From: Gammaproteobacteria bacterium
Lineage (GTDB): Bacteria > Pseudomonadota > Gammaproteobacteria > Steroidobacterales > Rariloculaceae
Assembly: GCA_017577365.2 (NCBI GenBank)
Contig: PKRJ02000004.1
Location: 9,959-73,958 of the forward strand
Length of the DNA: 64,000 nt
Direction: 5' to 3'
Under the pieces are notes generated by a model, which saw nothing but the letters and a program-made list of their open reading frames with translations, was not told the origin of the DNA and searched no databases. Both the position numbers and the translations under genes were made by a program. Shown here in pieces: positions 36,216 through 44,637 of the stretch; position 1 is the first letter of the stretch; the number at the start of each line of letters is the position of its first letter.

Positions 36216-36243
36216 CTATGGGGGCTAGTGGCTGGAGTTCAAG
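36216..36243 (-). promoter_or_regulatory. sigma32-like heat-shock promoter upstream of grpE, overlapping the hrcA stop
   Basis: Minus strand: CTTGAA (36243-36238), 13-14 nt (includes the hrcA TAG), then CCCCCATAG (36224-16). About 50 nt upstream of the grpE ATG. Confidence 0.55.
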
Positions 36244-37274
36244 GCACGGCCGAGCAATTTCGACGTGATGTCGACGATCGGGATGACCCGCTCGTAGGCC
36301 ATGCGCGTCGGTCCGATCACGCCGAGGACCCCGACGGTGTCGTCCTCGGCCGTATACGGGGCCGCGACGATGCTACACTGCTCGAGGATCTGGTAGCCCG
36401 ATTCCTGGCCGATGAAGATCTGCACGCCGTCGGCGTTCAGGCTCTGGTCGAGCAGTCTCAGCATGTCGTGCTGGCGGCTGAACGCGTTGAACAGCGATTT
36501 CAGCTGCTCCATGTTGCCGAGCTCCTCGACCATGAGGTTCGTCTCCCCGGAAAGCACGTAGCCCGGCGGCTGCTCCTCGTCCGGGAACGCACGCTGGGCG
36601 AGCTCGATGGCCTCGACCATCAGCGCGTTCATCGACTCGCGCGTCTTCTCGAGCTGCTCGACGAGCTCGCGACGAACCTGCCGCAGATCGCGGCCGCCGA
36701 ACTGCTCCGTGAGGAAGTTCCCGGCCTGACGCAGCTCGTCCTCGGTGAAATCTCGATGGACGTTCAGGATCTTGTTCTGCACCTCCCGCTCGTTGACGAC
36801 GAGGATCGCGAGCACGCGCCTCCCGGAGAGCGGGAGGAACTCGATCTGCCGCAGCGACGTATGGGCCCGGCGAGGCAACGTGACGATGCCGGCGAGCTTC
36901 GTGACCATCGACAGCATCGACGACACCGAATACGCGAGCTGCTGAGGATCGCCGGCGGCCTCCTCGAGCTTCTCACGGAACTGCGCCAGCTCGTCTTCCT
37001 TCGGCGGCGTGAGCTTGATCAGCGTATCGACGAACAGGCGATAGCCCTTGATCGTCGGGACTCTTCCCGCGGACGTGTGCGGGGAGGTGACGAAGCCCAT
37101 CTCCTCGAGATCCGCCATGATGTTGCGGATCGTCGCCGGGCTGAGGTCGAGACCGGAATCACGAGACAGCGTCCGCGATCCGACCGGTTGTCCCTCTCGA
37201 ATGTACTTGTCGACGAGCACGCGCAGCAGATGCTGTGCCCGCTCGTCCGGGAAGTCTCCTTTGCTGACTGCCAT
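36225..37274 (-). CDS. hrcA: heat-inducible transcription repressor HrcA
   Basis: ORF 36225..37523. Start at ATG 37274 (MAVSKGDFPDERAQHLLRVLVDKYIREGQPVGSRTL...). Winged-helix N-terminus and typical HrcA length (349 aa). Confidence 0.93.
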   Translation of the reverse strand: MAVSKGDFPDERAQHLLRVLVDKYIREGQPVGSRTLSRDSGLDLSPATIRNIMADLEEMGFVTSPHTSAGRVPTIKGYRLFVDTLIKLTPPKEDELAQFREKLEEAAGDPQQLAYSVSSMLSMVTKLAGIVTLPRRAHTSLRQIEFLPLSGRRVLAILVVNEREVQNKILNVHRDFTEDELRQAGNFLTEQFGGRDLRQVRRELVEQLEKTRESMNALMVEAIELAQRAFPDEEQPPGYVLSGETNLMVEELGNMEQLKSLFNAFSRQHDMLRLLDQSLNADGVQIFIGQESGYQILEQCSIVAAPYTAEDDTVGVLGVIGPTRMAYERVIPIVDITSKLLGRALNSSH

Positions 37275-37510
37275 GATCCTCGGATGCGCCGCCGCGAATC
37301 TCGCTGCGGGCCGCGCAACCCCTTGTAAAAGCCCGGATTTACGCGAGGTGCAAGGTAGCCACGGCGTCCCGCCACTGTCAAGGAGCGGGTGCCGACGTTG
37401 GGGCCTCGCGCACCCTCTCTCCCGGCCCGGCAAACCCGCCCTCAGCGCCGACGAGCACGCTCCGCCGCGTTTACCGCTACAATCGGCGACCGGGGGCGTT
37501 CCAACACCGC

Positions 37511-38419
37511 ATGAAGTACGCATTCGAGCACGTCGGCTTCTGGGGCAGGTTGTCCGACGCGAGGGTTCTAGAAACCGCGTCCCGCATCATCTCCCACGTC
37601 AAATCGCGGCAGGCCCGAATCTTCGCGCCGCCGTCCGGAGAGGTCATCGCCCGCCGCGTCGGGGACATCGAGCTGCTGGACGAGGCGGAGCTCGCCGCGC
37701 GTGCCGACGTGATCGTGGCGATCGGCGGTGACGGGACGATGCTGCACGCCGCGCGCAGGGTCGCCCAGCACGACGTGCCGCTGCTCGGCGTGAACCTCGG
37801 CAAGCTCGGCTTTCTGACCGACATCCTGCCGGAGCACGCGCTCGAGACGATCGACGCGATCCTCTCCGGCGATCACGTCGCCGAGAAGCGGCTGATGCTC
37901 GAAGCGGTGGTCGACGGCAACGGCGAGACGCGCCCGCCGATGATCGCGTTGAACGACGTCGTGCTGCAAAAGCGCGGCAGCAGCCGGATTCTCGACTTCG
38001 CGACGTGGGTCGACGGCAGCTACGTTAATACGCACGGCGGGGACGGCCTCGTCGTCGCGACGCCGACGGGCTCGACGGCCTACGCGCTCTCGTGCGGCGG
38101 CCCGATCATCCAGCCGAACCTCAACGCGATCGTGATGGTGCCGATCTGCCCGCACACGCTGAGCGACCGGCCGCTCGTGCTCAATGCGTCGAGCGTGCTC
38201 GAGGTGCGCCTGCATCCGGGCACGGAGACGCCGGCATTCGTTGCGTGCGACGGCGAGGAGTACGGCCCCCTCGAGCCGAGCCAGACGCTGCGGATTCGAA
38301 CCTCCGGCGCGAGCGTGACGCTGCTCCATCCGCGCGACCACAACTACTACGAGCTCTTGCGCTCGAAGCTGAGCTGGGGCAGCGCGAGCCGCTTCAATCG
38401 CTCGGCGCCCAGAGGATGA
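37511..38419 (+). CDS. nadK: NAD+ kinase
   Basis: GGDGTMLHAAR and NLGKLGFL motifs. 302 aa. Confidence 0.94.
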   Translation: MKYAFEHVGFWGRLSDARVLETASRIISHVKSRQARIFAPPSGEVIARRVGDIELLDEAELAARADVIVAIGGDGTMLHAARRVAQHDVPLLGVNLGKLGFLTDILPEHALETIDAILSGDHVAEKRLMLEAVVDGNGETRPPMIALNDVVLQKRGSSRILDFATWVDGSYVNTHGGDGLVVATPTGSTAYALSCGGPIIQPNLNAIVMVPICPHTLSDRPLVLNASSVLEVRLHPGTETPAFVACDGEEYGPLEPSQTLRIRTSGASVTLLHPRDHNYYELLRSKLSWGSASRFNRSAPRG

Positions 38420-38453
38420 GCCCGTCCGCCGCGCATCGCTCGACGCGACTCCG

Positions 38454-40124
38454 ATGCTGAGCCTGATCCGCGTGAAGAATTTCGCCGTGATCGACGAGGT
38501 CGAGCTCGAGCTCGAGCCCGGGCTTTCGGTCGTGACCGGTGAGACCGGCGCCGGCAAATCGATCCTGGTCGACGCGCTCGGCCTCGCCCTCGGCGACCGC
38601 GCCGACGCGAGCGCGGTGCGCCACGGCGCCGATCGCGCCGAGATCAGCGTGCTGTTCGAATGTCCGCCGGGCCACCCCGTCCTCGCGCTGCTCGCGGAGC
38701 TCGGCCTCGACGACGAGGACCGCTGCCTGCTGCGCCGCGTGATCGGCGCGGAAGGACGGTCGCGCGCGTTCATCAACAACCAGCCGGTGACGCTTCAGGA
38801 TCTGAAGCGCGTCGGCTCGCTGCTCGTCGACATCCACGGGCAGCACGAGCACCAGTCGCTGCTCGATACCGCGAATCAACGCGCGCTCCTCGACGCACAC
38901 GGCGGGCTCGAAGCGCTCGCGTCCGACGTCGCCGAGGCGTTTCGCACGTGGCGCGCGCTCGAGGCGCGGCTGGAGGAGCTTCGCGGCGGCAACGCGCAGC
39001 GCGACGCCGAGCTCGAGCTCGCGCGCTTTCACGCCGCAGAGCTCGAGGCGCTCGCGCTCGAGGACGACGAGCCGGCACGCCTGCGCGCCGAGCGCGAGCG
39101 CCTCGCGAACGTCGACAAGCTCGCCGGCGGGCTCGAAGCGGCGATCCAGGCGCTCTACGAAGCCGAGGCGAGCGCACATGCGCTCGCCTCGCGGGCCGGG
39201 CAGGAGCTCGATCGGCTCGTCGCGCACGACGAAGCGCTGCGCGAGCCGGCCGAATTGCTCGCGAACGTCGAGATCGAGCTCCGCGAGGCGGCGCGCGCGT
39301 TGATCCACTATCGCGACCGCCTCGAGCCCGATCCCGCGCGGCTCGAGCTCGTCGAGTCGCGGCTCGCCCGGATCAAGTCGCTCGCCCGGCGCCACGGCGT
39401 CACCGAGGACGAGTTGCCCGGCGTTCTCGAGCGGCTTCGCGCGCGGATCGCCGAGCTCGAGGCGGGCGGCGAGTCCGTCGAGGCGCTCGAGGCCGAGGTC
39501 GGGCGCGCGCAGGAGGCCTATTTCGCCGCGGCGCGCAAGCTCTCGGCAAAGCGCAAGCGCGTCGCGGCGAAGCTCGCCGAAGCGGTCACGGAGCAGTTGC
39601 CCGAGCTCGGATTGGCGCATGGGCAATTCGACGTGCGCGTCGAAGCGAAGCCCGAGGAGCGCGCGGACGCGACCGGCATCGACCGCGTCGAGTTCGTCGT
39701 ACGCCTGAACCCCGGCATGCCGTTCGGGCCCCTCGCGAAGATCGCCTCCGGCGGCGAGCTGTCGCGCATCGGTCTCGCCATCGAGGTCGTCGGCGCGGAC
39801 GCGTCGCCGGTGCCGACCTTCGTCTTCGACGAGGTCGATGCCGGGATCGGCGGCGGCGTCGCCGAGATCGTCGGACGGAAACTCGCGAAGATCGCCGCGA
39901 GCCGGCAAGTGCTATGCGTGACGCACCTGCCCCAGGTCGCGAGCCAAGGGCGGCACCACTATCGCGTCTCGAAGCTGACGGACGGCAAGACGAGCCGCAC
40001 GACCGTGCGCCGTCTGACGCGGGAGGAGCGCATCGAGGAGCTGTCGAGGATGCTCGGCGGCGTCGAGATCACCGAGCTCACCCGCGCGCACGCGGAGGAG
40101 ATGATCGGCCGGGGCGGCGGCTAG
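38454..40124 (+). CDS. recN: DNA repair protein RecN
   Basis: 556 aa. Walker A GETGAGKS, long coiled coil, and a C-terminal SMC-like signature/Walker B region (SGGELSR...FDEVDAGIGG). Confidence 0.96.
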   Translation: MLSLIRVKNFAVIDEVELELEPGLSVVTGETGAGKSILVDALGLALGDRADASAVRHGADRAEISVLFECPPGHPVLALLAELGLDDEDRCLLRRVIGAEGRSRAFINNQPVTLQDLKRVGSLLVDIHGQHEHQSLLDTANQRALLDAHGGLEALASDVAEAFRTWRALEARLEELRGGNAQRDAELELARFHAAELEALALEDDEPARLRAERERLANVDKLAGGLEAAIQALYEAEASAHALASRAGQELDRLVAHDEALREPAELLANVEIELREAARALIHYRDRLEPDPARLELVESRLARIKSLARRHGVTEDELPGVLERLRARIAELEAGGESVEALEAEVGRAQEAYFAAARKLSAKRKRVAAKLAEAVTEQLPELGLAHGQFDVRVEAKPEERADATGIDRVEFVVRLNPGMPFGPLAKIASGGELSRIGLAIEVVGADASPVPTFVFDEVDAGIGGGVAEIVGRKLAKIAASRQVLCVTHLPQVASQGRHHYRVSKLTDGKTSRTTVRRLTREERIEELSRMLGGVEITELTRAHAEEMIGRGGG

Positions 40125-40138
40125 CTGTTCGCGAAAGC

Positions 40139-40546
40139 TCAGGTCGATTTCGGACGCACGTACAGCACGAGGCTGTGGTCCTCGATCTCGTAGCCGTAGC
40201 GATTCGCGATCTCGTGCTGGATTTGCTCGATGCGCTCGTCGTAGAACTCGATCACCTTGCCCGTGTCGAGGCAGACCATGTGATCGTGGTGATTTCGATC
40301 GGCGAGCTCGAAAACCGCGGTGCCCCCCTCGAAGTTGTGCCGGGTCACGAGGCCCGCGCGCTCGAATTGCGTGAGGACGCGGTACACCGTGGCGAGACCG
40401 AGCTCCTCGCCCGAGTCGAGCAGCGCGCGGTAGATGCCTTCGGCCGATAGATGGCGCTCACGGCTGTTCTCGAGCACCTCGAGAACCTTCAGCCGCGGCG
40501 AGGTCACCTTCAGCCCCGCCTTGCGCAGATCGTCCCGCCCTTCCAC
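40139..40546 (-). CDS. fur: ferric uptake regulator Fur
   Basis: 135 aa. LKVTSPRLKVLEVL DNA-binding helix and HHDHMVC metal site. Confidence 0.94.
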   Translation of the reverse strand: MEGRDDLRKAGLKVTSPRLKVLEVLENSRERHLSAEGIYRALLDSGEELGLATVYRVLTQFERAGLVTRHNFEGGTAVFELADRNHHDHMVCLDTGKVIEFYDERIEQIQHEIANRYGYEIEDHSLVLYVRPKST

Positions 40547-40566
40547 TGTCTACTCACCTGCGTCAA

Positions 40567-41049
40567 ATGGGGTATGATCCGCGGCTCATTATGGCTCATC
40601 GACGCTCGCCTCTCCACCTTGACGCCGCGCCGACGCGTGGACTTGCGCCTGCACGCGCGCTTTTCGCGGCCTGCGTCGGCGCGCTCGTCGTCGGCCTCGT
40701 GCTCTCGGGATGCGCCTACCGAATGGACATCCAGCAGGGCAACATCGTCGAGCAGGAAGCGATCGATCAGGTGCGCGAGGGCATGACGCGGAGCCAGGTG
40801 CAGTTCCTGCTCGGCACGCCGATGATCTCGGACCCGTTCCACGCGGATCGCTGGGATTACCCGTATTACTTCGTCCGGGGGCGTCGCGGCGAGCCCAGGC
40901 GCCGGTGGTTCATCGTCTACTTCGAGAACGACCGCGTCGCGCGCATCGAGCACCGCATCGACTGGAACGACGCCGGAACGAGCGACGATCGCCGCGCGGA
41001 CGCCGAGAACGACGCAGAGCCTTCGATCGATACGGCCGCGCGCGACTGA
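40567..41049 (+). CDS. bamE: outer membrane protein assembly factor BamE (OmlA/SmpA)
   Basis: Lipobox LSGC followed by YRMDIQQGNIVEQEAIDQVREGMTRSQVQFLLGTPM. Start uncertain (ATG 40567 or 40591; neither has a good SD). Confidence 0.85.
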   Translation: MGYDPRLIMAHRRSPLHLDAAPTRGLAPARALFAACVGALVVGLVLSGCAYRMDIQQGNIVEQEAIDQVREGMTRSQVQFLLGTPMISDPFHADRWDYPYYFVRGRRGEPRRRWFIVYFENDRVARIEHRIDWNDAGTSDDRRADAENDAEPSIDTAARD

Positions 41050-41063
41050 CCGGCCTCCCCGTC

Positions 41064-41408
41064 TCAGCGCTTCGCCGGCTTCTTCCCGGCGGCGCCTCCG
41101 CGCGCAACGCGCTCGCGCCGTAGGTCGCGCGGATCGCGCGTCAGCGGCCGCGTGATCTCGACGCGATCCCCCGCGACGAGCGGTCGCTCTTCGCCGATCG
41201 GCTCGCCGAAGAGCCCGAGCACGAGCGGGCGCTCGATCTCCGGATACGCCTCGAGCAGTCCCGAGCGGCGCACCGCCTCGCCCGCCGTCATTCCCGGCGT
41301 GAGCCCGACCTCGACGATGTGCTGCTCGTCCGGGAGCGCGTAAACGACCTCGACGACGGCTTTCTCGCCGCCGCGCCGCTCCCCGCCCCGCGATGCCTCG
41401 GCGCTCAT
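41064..41408 (-). CDS. rnfH: RnfH family ubiquitin-like protein (YfjF/RatB)
   Basis: ORF 41064..41582. Start at ATG 41408 overlaps the ratA stop by 4 nt. VEVVYALPDEQHIVEVGL...GDRVEITRPL is typical of the RnfH family. Confidence 0.85.
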   Translation of the reverse strand: MSAEASRGGERRGGEKAVVEVVYALPDEQHIVEVGLTPGMTAGEAVRRSGLLEAYPEIERPLVLGLFGEPIGEERPLVAGDRVEITRPLTRDPRDLRRERVARGGAAGKKPAKR

Positions 41409-41848
41409 TGCTTGGGCGGGCCGTAGACCGCCTCGGCTCTGTGCACGAACGCCGCGACCTGCGCGCGCACGAGCTCCTCGAAGACCATCGAGAACACGAC
41501 GGACAGCGGCGAGGGGGCCACTTCGAACGTCAGGGTCACGGAGACCTCGCACTCGTTCTCGCCGACGTCCTCGAATTCCCACAGCCCGTCGAGATGGCGA
41601 AACGGACCGGACACGAGCTCGATATCGAGCCTATGCGGTCGCTCGAACGTGTTCTGCGTCGTGAAGCTCTTGTGGATGCCCGCGATGCCGATATCGATCG
41701 TCGCGATCATGTAGCCTTCGCCCTGCTCTTCGATCCGCGCGCCGCGCACGCCGTGCAGGAACTCCGGATAGGCCTCGACGTCGTTGACGAGATCGAACAT
41801 CTGGGCGGCCGTGTACGGCACCCGTTGGCTGCGGTGAATCTTCGGCAT
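41405..41848 (-). CDS. ratA: SRPBCC-fold protein RatA/YfjG (Coq10-like, annotated as ribosome association toxin)
   Basis: 147 aa. Conserved partner of rnfH next to smpB, as in E. coli. Confidence 0.85.
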   Translation of the reverse strand: MPKIHRSQRVPYTAAQMFDLVNDVEAYPEFLHGVRGARIEEQGEGYMIATIDIGIAGIHKSFTTQNTFERPHRLDIELVSGPFRHLDGLWEFEDVGENECEVSVTLTFEVAPSPLSVVFSMVFEELVRAQVAAFVHRAEAVYGPPKQ

Positions 41849-41888
41849 CAGACAGCTCTGGCGAAGCGCGCGCGGTGGCCCGAGCCGA

Positions 41889-43262
41889 TCAAAACAGCCC
41901 GAACCCGTAGCTGAGCAGCATCGCCGTGACCGCGATCGGCGCGACGTAGCGGGCGGAGAATCTCCAAAGACGATAACCCCACCCCGCTTGCGGATCGAGC
42001 TCGTCGGCTGTCGAGTTCCGCGCCATGACCCAACCGGCGAAAATCACGATCACGAGGCCGCCAATCGGCAAGAAGATGTTGTTGCTCAGGTGATCGATGT
42101 TGTCGAAGAACGTGCCGCGCCAGAACTGGATATCGGACCACGGCCCGAACGACATCACGGTCGCGAACCCGAACGCCCAGATGATCGCTCCGACGACGAT
42201 CGCGGCTTTCGGGCGCGTCCAGTTCCACGTTTCCATCACGAACGCGACCGCGGGCTCGAGGATGCTGATCGCGGAAGTCCAGGCCGCGAACGACAGCAGC
42301 AGGAAAAAGAGCGTCGCGACGACGACTCCGCCCGGCATCTGGCCGAACGCGAGCGGTAACGACTGGAAGGCAAGCCCAGGGCCGGCAGCCGGATCAAGCC
42401 CGTGTGCGAAAGCGATCGGAAAGATCACGAGCGCCGACAACAACGCGATCGACGTGTCGGACAAAACAACGGCCACTGTAGAGCGTGGAATCGACTCCTC
42501 GTCCTTGAGATACGCGCCGTACGTCATCACGGCGCCCATCCCGACGCTCAACGAGAAGAACGCTTGGCCGAGCGCCGCGAGCACCGAAGCGCCGGTGAGA
42601 TCTTCGAATCGCGGCTCGAACAGGAATACGAGACCGTCGAGAAAGCGGCCGGTTGTCATGCTGTAGCCGAGCAGCACCAGTAGCAGCGCGACGAGGGCCG
42701 GCACGAGCACGCGCACCGCGCGCTCGAGCCCCTGCTCGACGCCGAGCACGACGACGCCGATCGTGAGGATCATGAAGACGGTATGCCAGGTGCCGGCGAC
42801 CAGGGGGCGCGAAACGATATCGGAGAAAACTTGTGATACCTGCTCGCTCCCGGCACTCACGAACGCGCCGGACGCCGCTTCGACGATGTACGCGACCGTC
42901 CACCCGCCGATCACGCTGTAAAACGACAGGATCAGGAAACCGGTGAAGACGCCGAGGAGACCGACGAGCCCCCACGCCCGCGTTCCGGATTCCTCCTCCC
43001 CGAGCAACGCCATCGTGCGCACCGGATTGCGCCGGCCGCGCCGGCCGATCAGCACCTCCGACATCATGATCGGCAATCCGATGGCGAACACGCAGACGAG
43101 GTAGACGAGCACGAATGCGCCTCCGCCGTTCTCGCCGGCAAGGTAGGGGAAGCGCCAGATGTTGCCGAGCCCGACGGCCGACCCGGCCAACGCGAGGATG
43201 AACCCGAGACGCGAAGTCCACTCGCCGTGCAGCGAGCGGCGCCGCTCGGCAGGTGCATTCAT
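41889..43262 (-). CDS. sodium-dependent transporter, neurotransmitter:sodium symporter (NSS/SNF) family
   Basis: 457 aa. N-terminal WTSRLGFILALAGSAVGLGNIWRFPYLAGENGGGAF signature. Polytopic. Confidence 0.92.
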   Translation of the reverse strand: MNAPAERRRSLHGEWTSRLGFILALAGSAVGLGNIWRFPYLAGENGGGAFVLVYLVCVFAIGLPIMMSEVLIGRRGRRNPVRTMALLGEEESGTRAWGLVGLLGVFTGFLILSFYSVIGGWTVAYIVEAASGAFVSAGSEQVSQVFSDIVSRPLVAGTWHTVFMILTIGVVVLGVEQGLERAVRVLVPALVALLLVLLGYSMTTGRFLDGLVFLFEPRFEDLTGASVLAALGQAFFSLSVGMGAVMTYGAYLKDEESIPRSTVAVVLSDTSIALLSALVIFPIAFAHGLDPAAGPGLAFQSLPLAFGQMPGGVVVATLFFLLLSFAAWTSAISILEPAVAFVMETWNWTRPKAAIVVGAIIWAFGFATVMSFGPWSDIQFWRGTFFDNIDHLSNNIFLPIGGLVIVIFAGWVMARNSTADELDPQAGWGYRLWRFSARYVAPIAVTAMLLSYGFGLF

Positions 43263-43320
43263 GCAGGAAGCCCCTCCCGGAGGTGTTTTTTGCGGTGCAT
43301 TCTAGGATCATTGGCGGGCG

Positions 43321-43800
43321 ATGACCAGAAAACAGGGAAAGCAGTCCTCCGAGCGTACGATCGCCGTCAACCGTAAGGCGCGCTTCGACTATTTCATCGA
43401 GGAGGACTTCGAAGCGGGGCTGGAGCTCCAGGGATGGGAGGTCAAGAGCCTGCGCGCCGGCAAGGCGCAGCTCACCGAGGCGTATGTCGTGCTGCGCGAC
43501 AACCAGGCGTGGCTGCTCGGCGCCCATATCACGCCGCTCGTGTCCGCGTCGACGCATATCGAGCCGGATCCGACGCGCACGCGGCGCCTGCTGCTTCATC
43601 GCAGAGAGATCGACAGGCTGACCGGTCTCGTCGAGCGGCGCGGCTATACGCTCGTGCCGCTCGAGCTGTACTGGAACAAGGGGCGCGCGAAGCTTCTGGT
43701 CGGACTCGCACGGGGTAAGAAGCAATACGACAAGCGCGCGGCCGAGAAGGAGCGCGACTGGCAGATCGAGCGGGCGCGTGCGCTGAGGGGGACGCGTTAG
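43321..43800 (+). CDS. smpB: SsrA-binding protein SmpB
   Basis: 159 aa. [32 protein letters not shown]. Confidence 0.96.
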   Translation: MTRKQGKQSSERTIAVNRKARFDYFIEEDFEAGLELQGWEVKSLRAGKAQLTEAYVVLRDNQAWLLGAHITPLVSASTHIEPDPTRTRRLLLHRREIDRLTGLVERRGYTLVPLELYWNKGRAKLLVGLARGKKQYDKRAAEKERDWQIERARALRGTR

Positions 43801-43915
43801 TCGGCCGGCCGCATCGGGCATCACGCCCTCTTCCGCCGTGGCCGCGCGAGCCGGACGTGCTCGGAACCGGAGCTCGAGCCGGCGGTCCAAGACCGCGTAT
43901 CCGTGCGAAGCGACC

Positions 43916-43943
43916 TTGAATCCGCCGATTTCGACCCTACACT
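43916..43943 (+). promoter_or_regulatory. sigma70-type promoter for ssrA
   Basis: TTGAAT (43916-43921), 16 nt, TACACT (43938-43943), then 15 nt to the mature tmRNA 5' end. Confidence 0.45.
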
Positions 43944-43958
43944 AAGAACGACACTTAC

Positions 43959-44321
43959 GGGGGCGACTTGGTTTCGACGTGGGTTGCGAAACCCGAGGTG
44001 CATGCCGAGGTGCAGATAACCTCGTTAAACCATCTGCAAACTAATAGTTGCCAACGACGACAACTACGCACTCGCCGCTTAATACCCGGTAGGGTGCCGT
44101 CTGACTGGAGCCGTGCTTGTGCGTCCAGACTCAGGCGTCGCATCTCACAAGCTCGCGACGAAGCGCGTCCGCCGCCGAGTCGTTAAACAATTCAGCGGAC
44201 TCGCCGTCGAGCGTGCCCCGTCCGTCGGGTTGCTCGCGGTTAAAACAAAAGGCGGACTAAGCATGTAGAGCCGAGGGCGGAGAGCTTGCGGACGCGGGTT
44301 CGATTCCCGCCGCCTCCACCA
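43959..44321 (+). ncRNA. ssrA: tmRNA (SsrA)
   Basis: 5' GGGGGCGACTTGGTTTCGACG pairs with 3' ...GCGGGTTCGATTCCCGCCGCCTCCACCA, giving a tRNA-Ala-like acceptor with G3:U70. Tag ORF 44050-44082 is GCC AAC GAC GAC AAC TAC GCA CTC GCC GCT TAA = ANDDNYALAA. Confidence 0.95.
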
Positions 44322-44554
44322 CTCACCTTCCGTCACGCGCGGCCAACACCTCCGTGCTATGGCTATGGGCTGCAGCTCCGCGCGCCGCTGCGAGCATCTT
44401 ATCCGCAGCTCGCGTCACCGCTCTCTTGCCTCTGCGTGTTGACCGTTGCAGAACTCGGAACAAACGTGCCGATCGTCGCGACGGCGTATTTCCACGAAGC
44501 GCTCTCGGCGGTTGTTTCACATCGCACGCATTCGAACCGCCCGATACATATTCA

Positions 44555-44583
44555 TTGACACGATTCTGCCGCTGTGATTATCT
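44555..44583 (+). promoter_or_regulatory. candidate sigma70 promoter for the TonB-dependent receptor gene
   Basis: Perfect TTGACA (44555-44560), 17 nt, then a weak -10 TTATCT (44578-44583). About 55 nt upstream of the ATG. Confidence 0.3.
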
Positions 44584-44637
44584 GCCGGCAGCGATAACAA
44601 GTCGCGTTCGCACACATCGCTTTTTGGGGGAGAGCTG

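Noticed and set aside
37275-37510. CIRCE or a clear sigma32 promoter upstream of hrcA
   Set aside because: CTTGAC and CTTGCA -35-like hexamers are present, but no CCCCAT-like -10 at proper spacing and no GCACTC...GAGTGC inverted repeat. I could not support a call.
38292-38302. tRNA T-arm-like GGATTCGAACC inside nadK
   Set aside because: It lies in frame within a well-conserved CDS, with no flanking acceptor, D or anticodon arms. Chance match.
41064-41848. ratA-rnfH as a toxin-antitoxin or defence module
   Set aside because: The pair occupies its conserved housekeeping position next to smpB and bamE. RatA is an SRPBCC/Coq10-like protein found in most proteobacteria. Nothing here indicates a mobile TA locus.
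44576-44598. Fur-box-like sequence GATTATCTGCCGGCAGCGATAAC upstream of the TonB-dependent receptor
   Set aside because: Only the outer ATTATC/GATAAC hexamers resemble Fur half-sites. They are 11 nt apart around a GC-rich core, unlike the contiguous 19-bp Fur box. Iron regulation cannot be claimed.
44322-44637. Prophage or island attachment scar immediately after tmRNA
   Set aside because: I found no integrase, excisionase or phage genes downstream, and no direct repeat of the ssrA 3' end by eye. It is kept only as a low-interest boundary observation.
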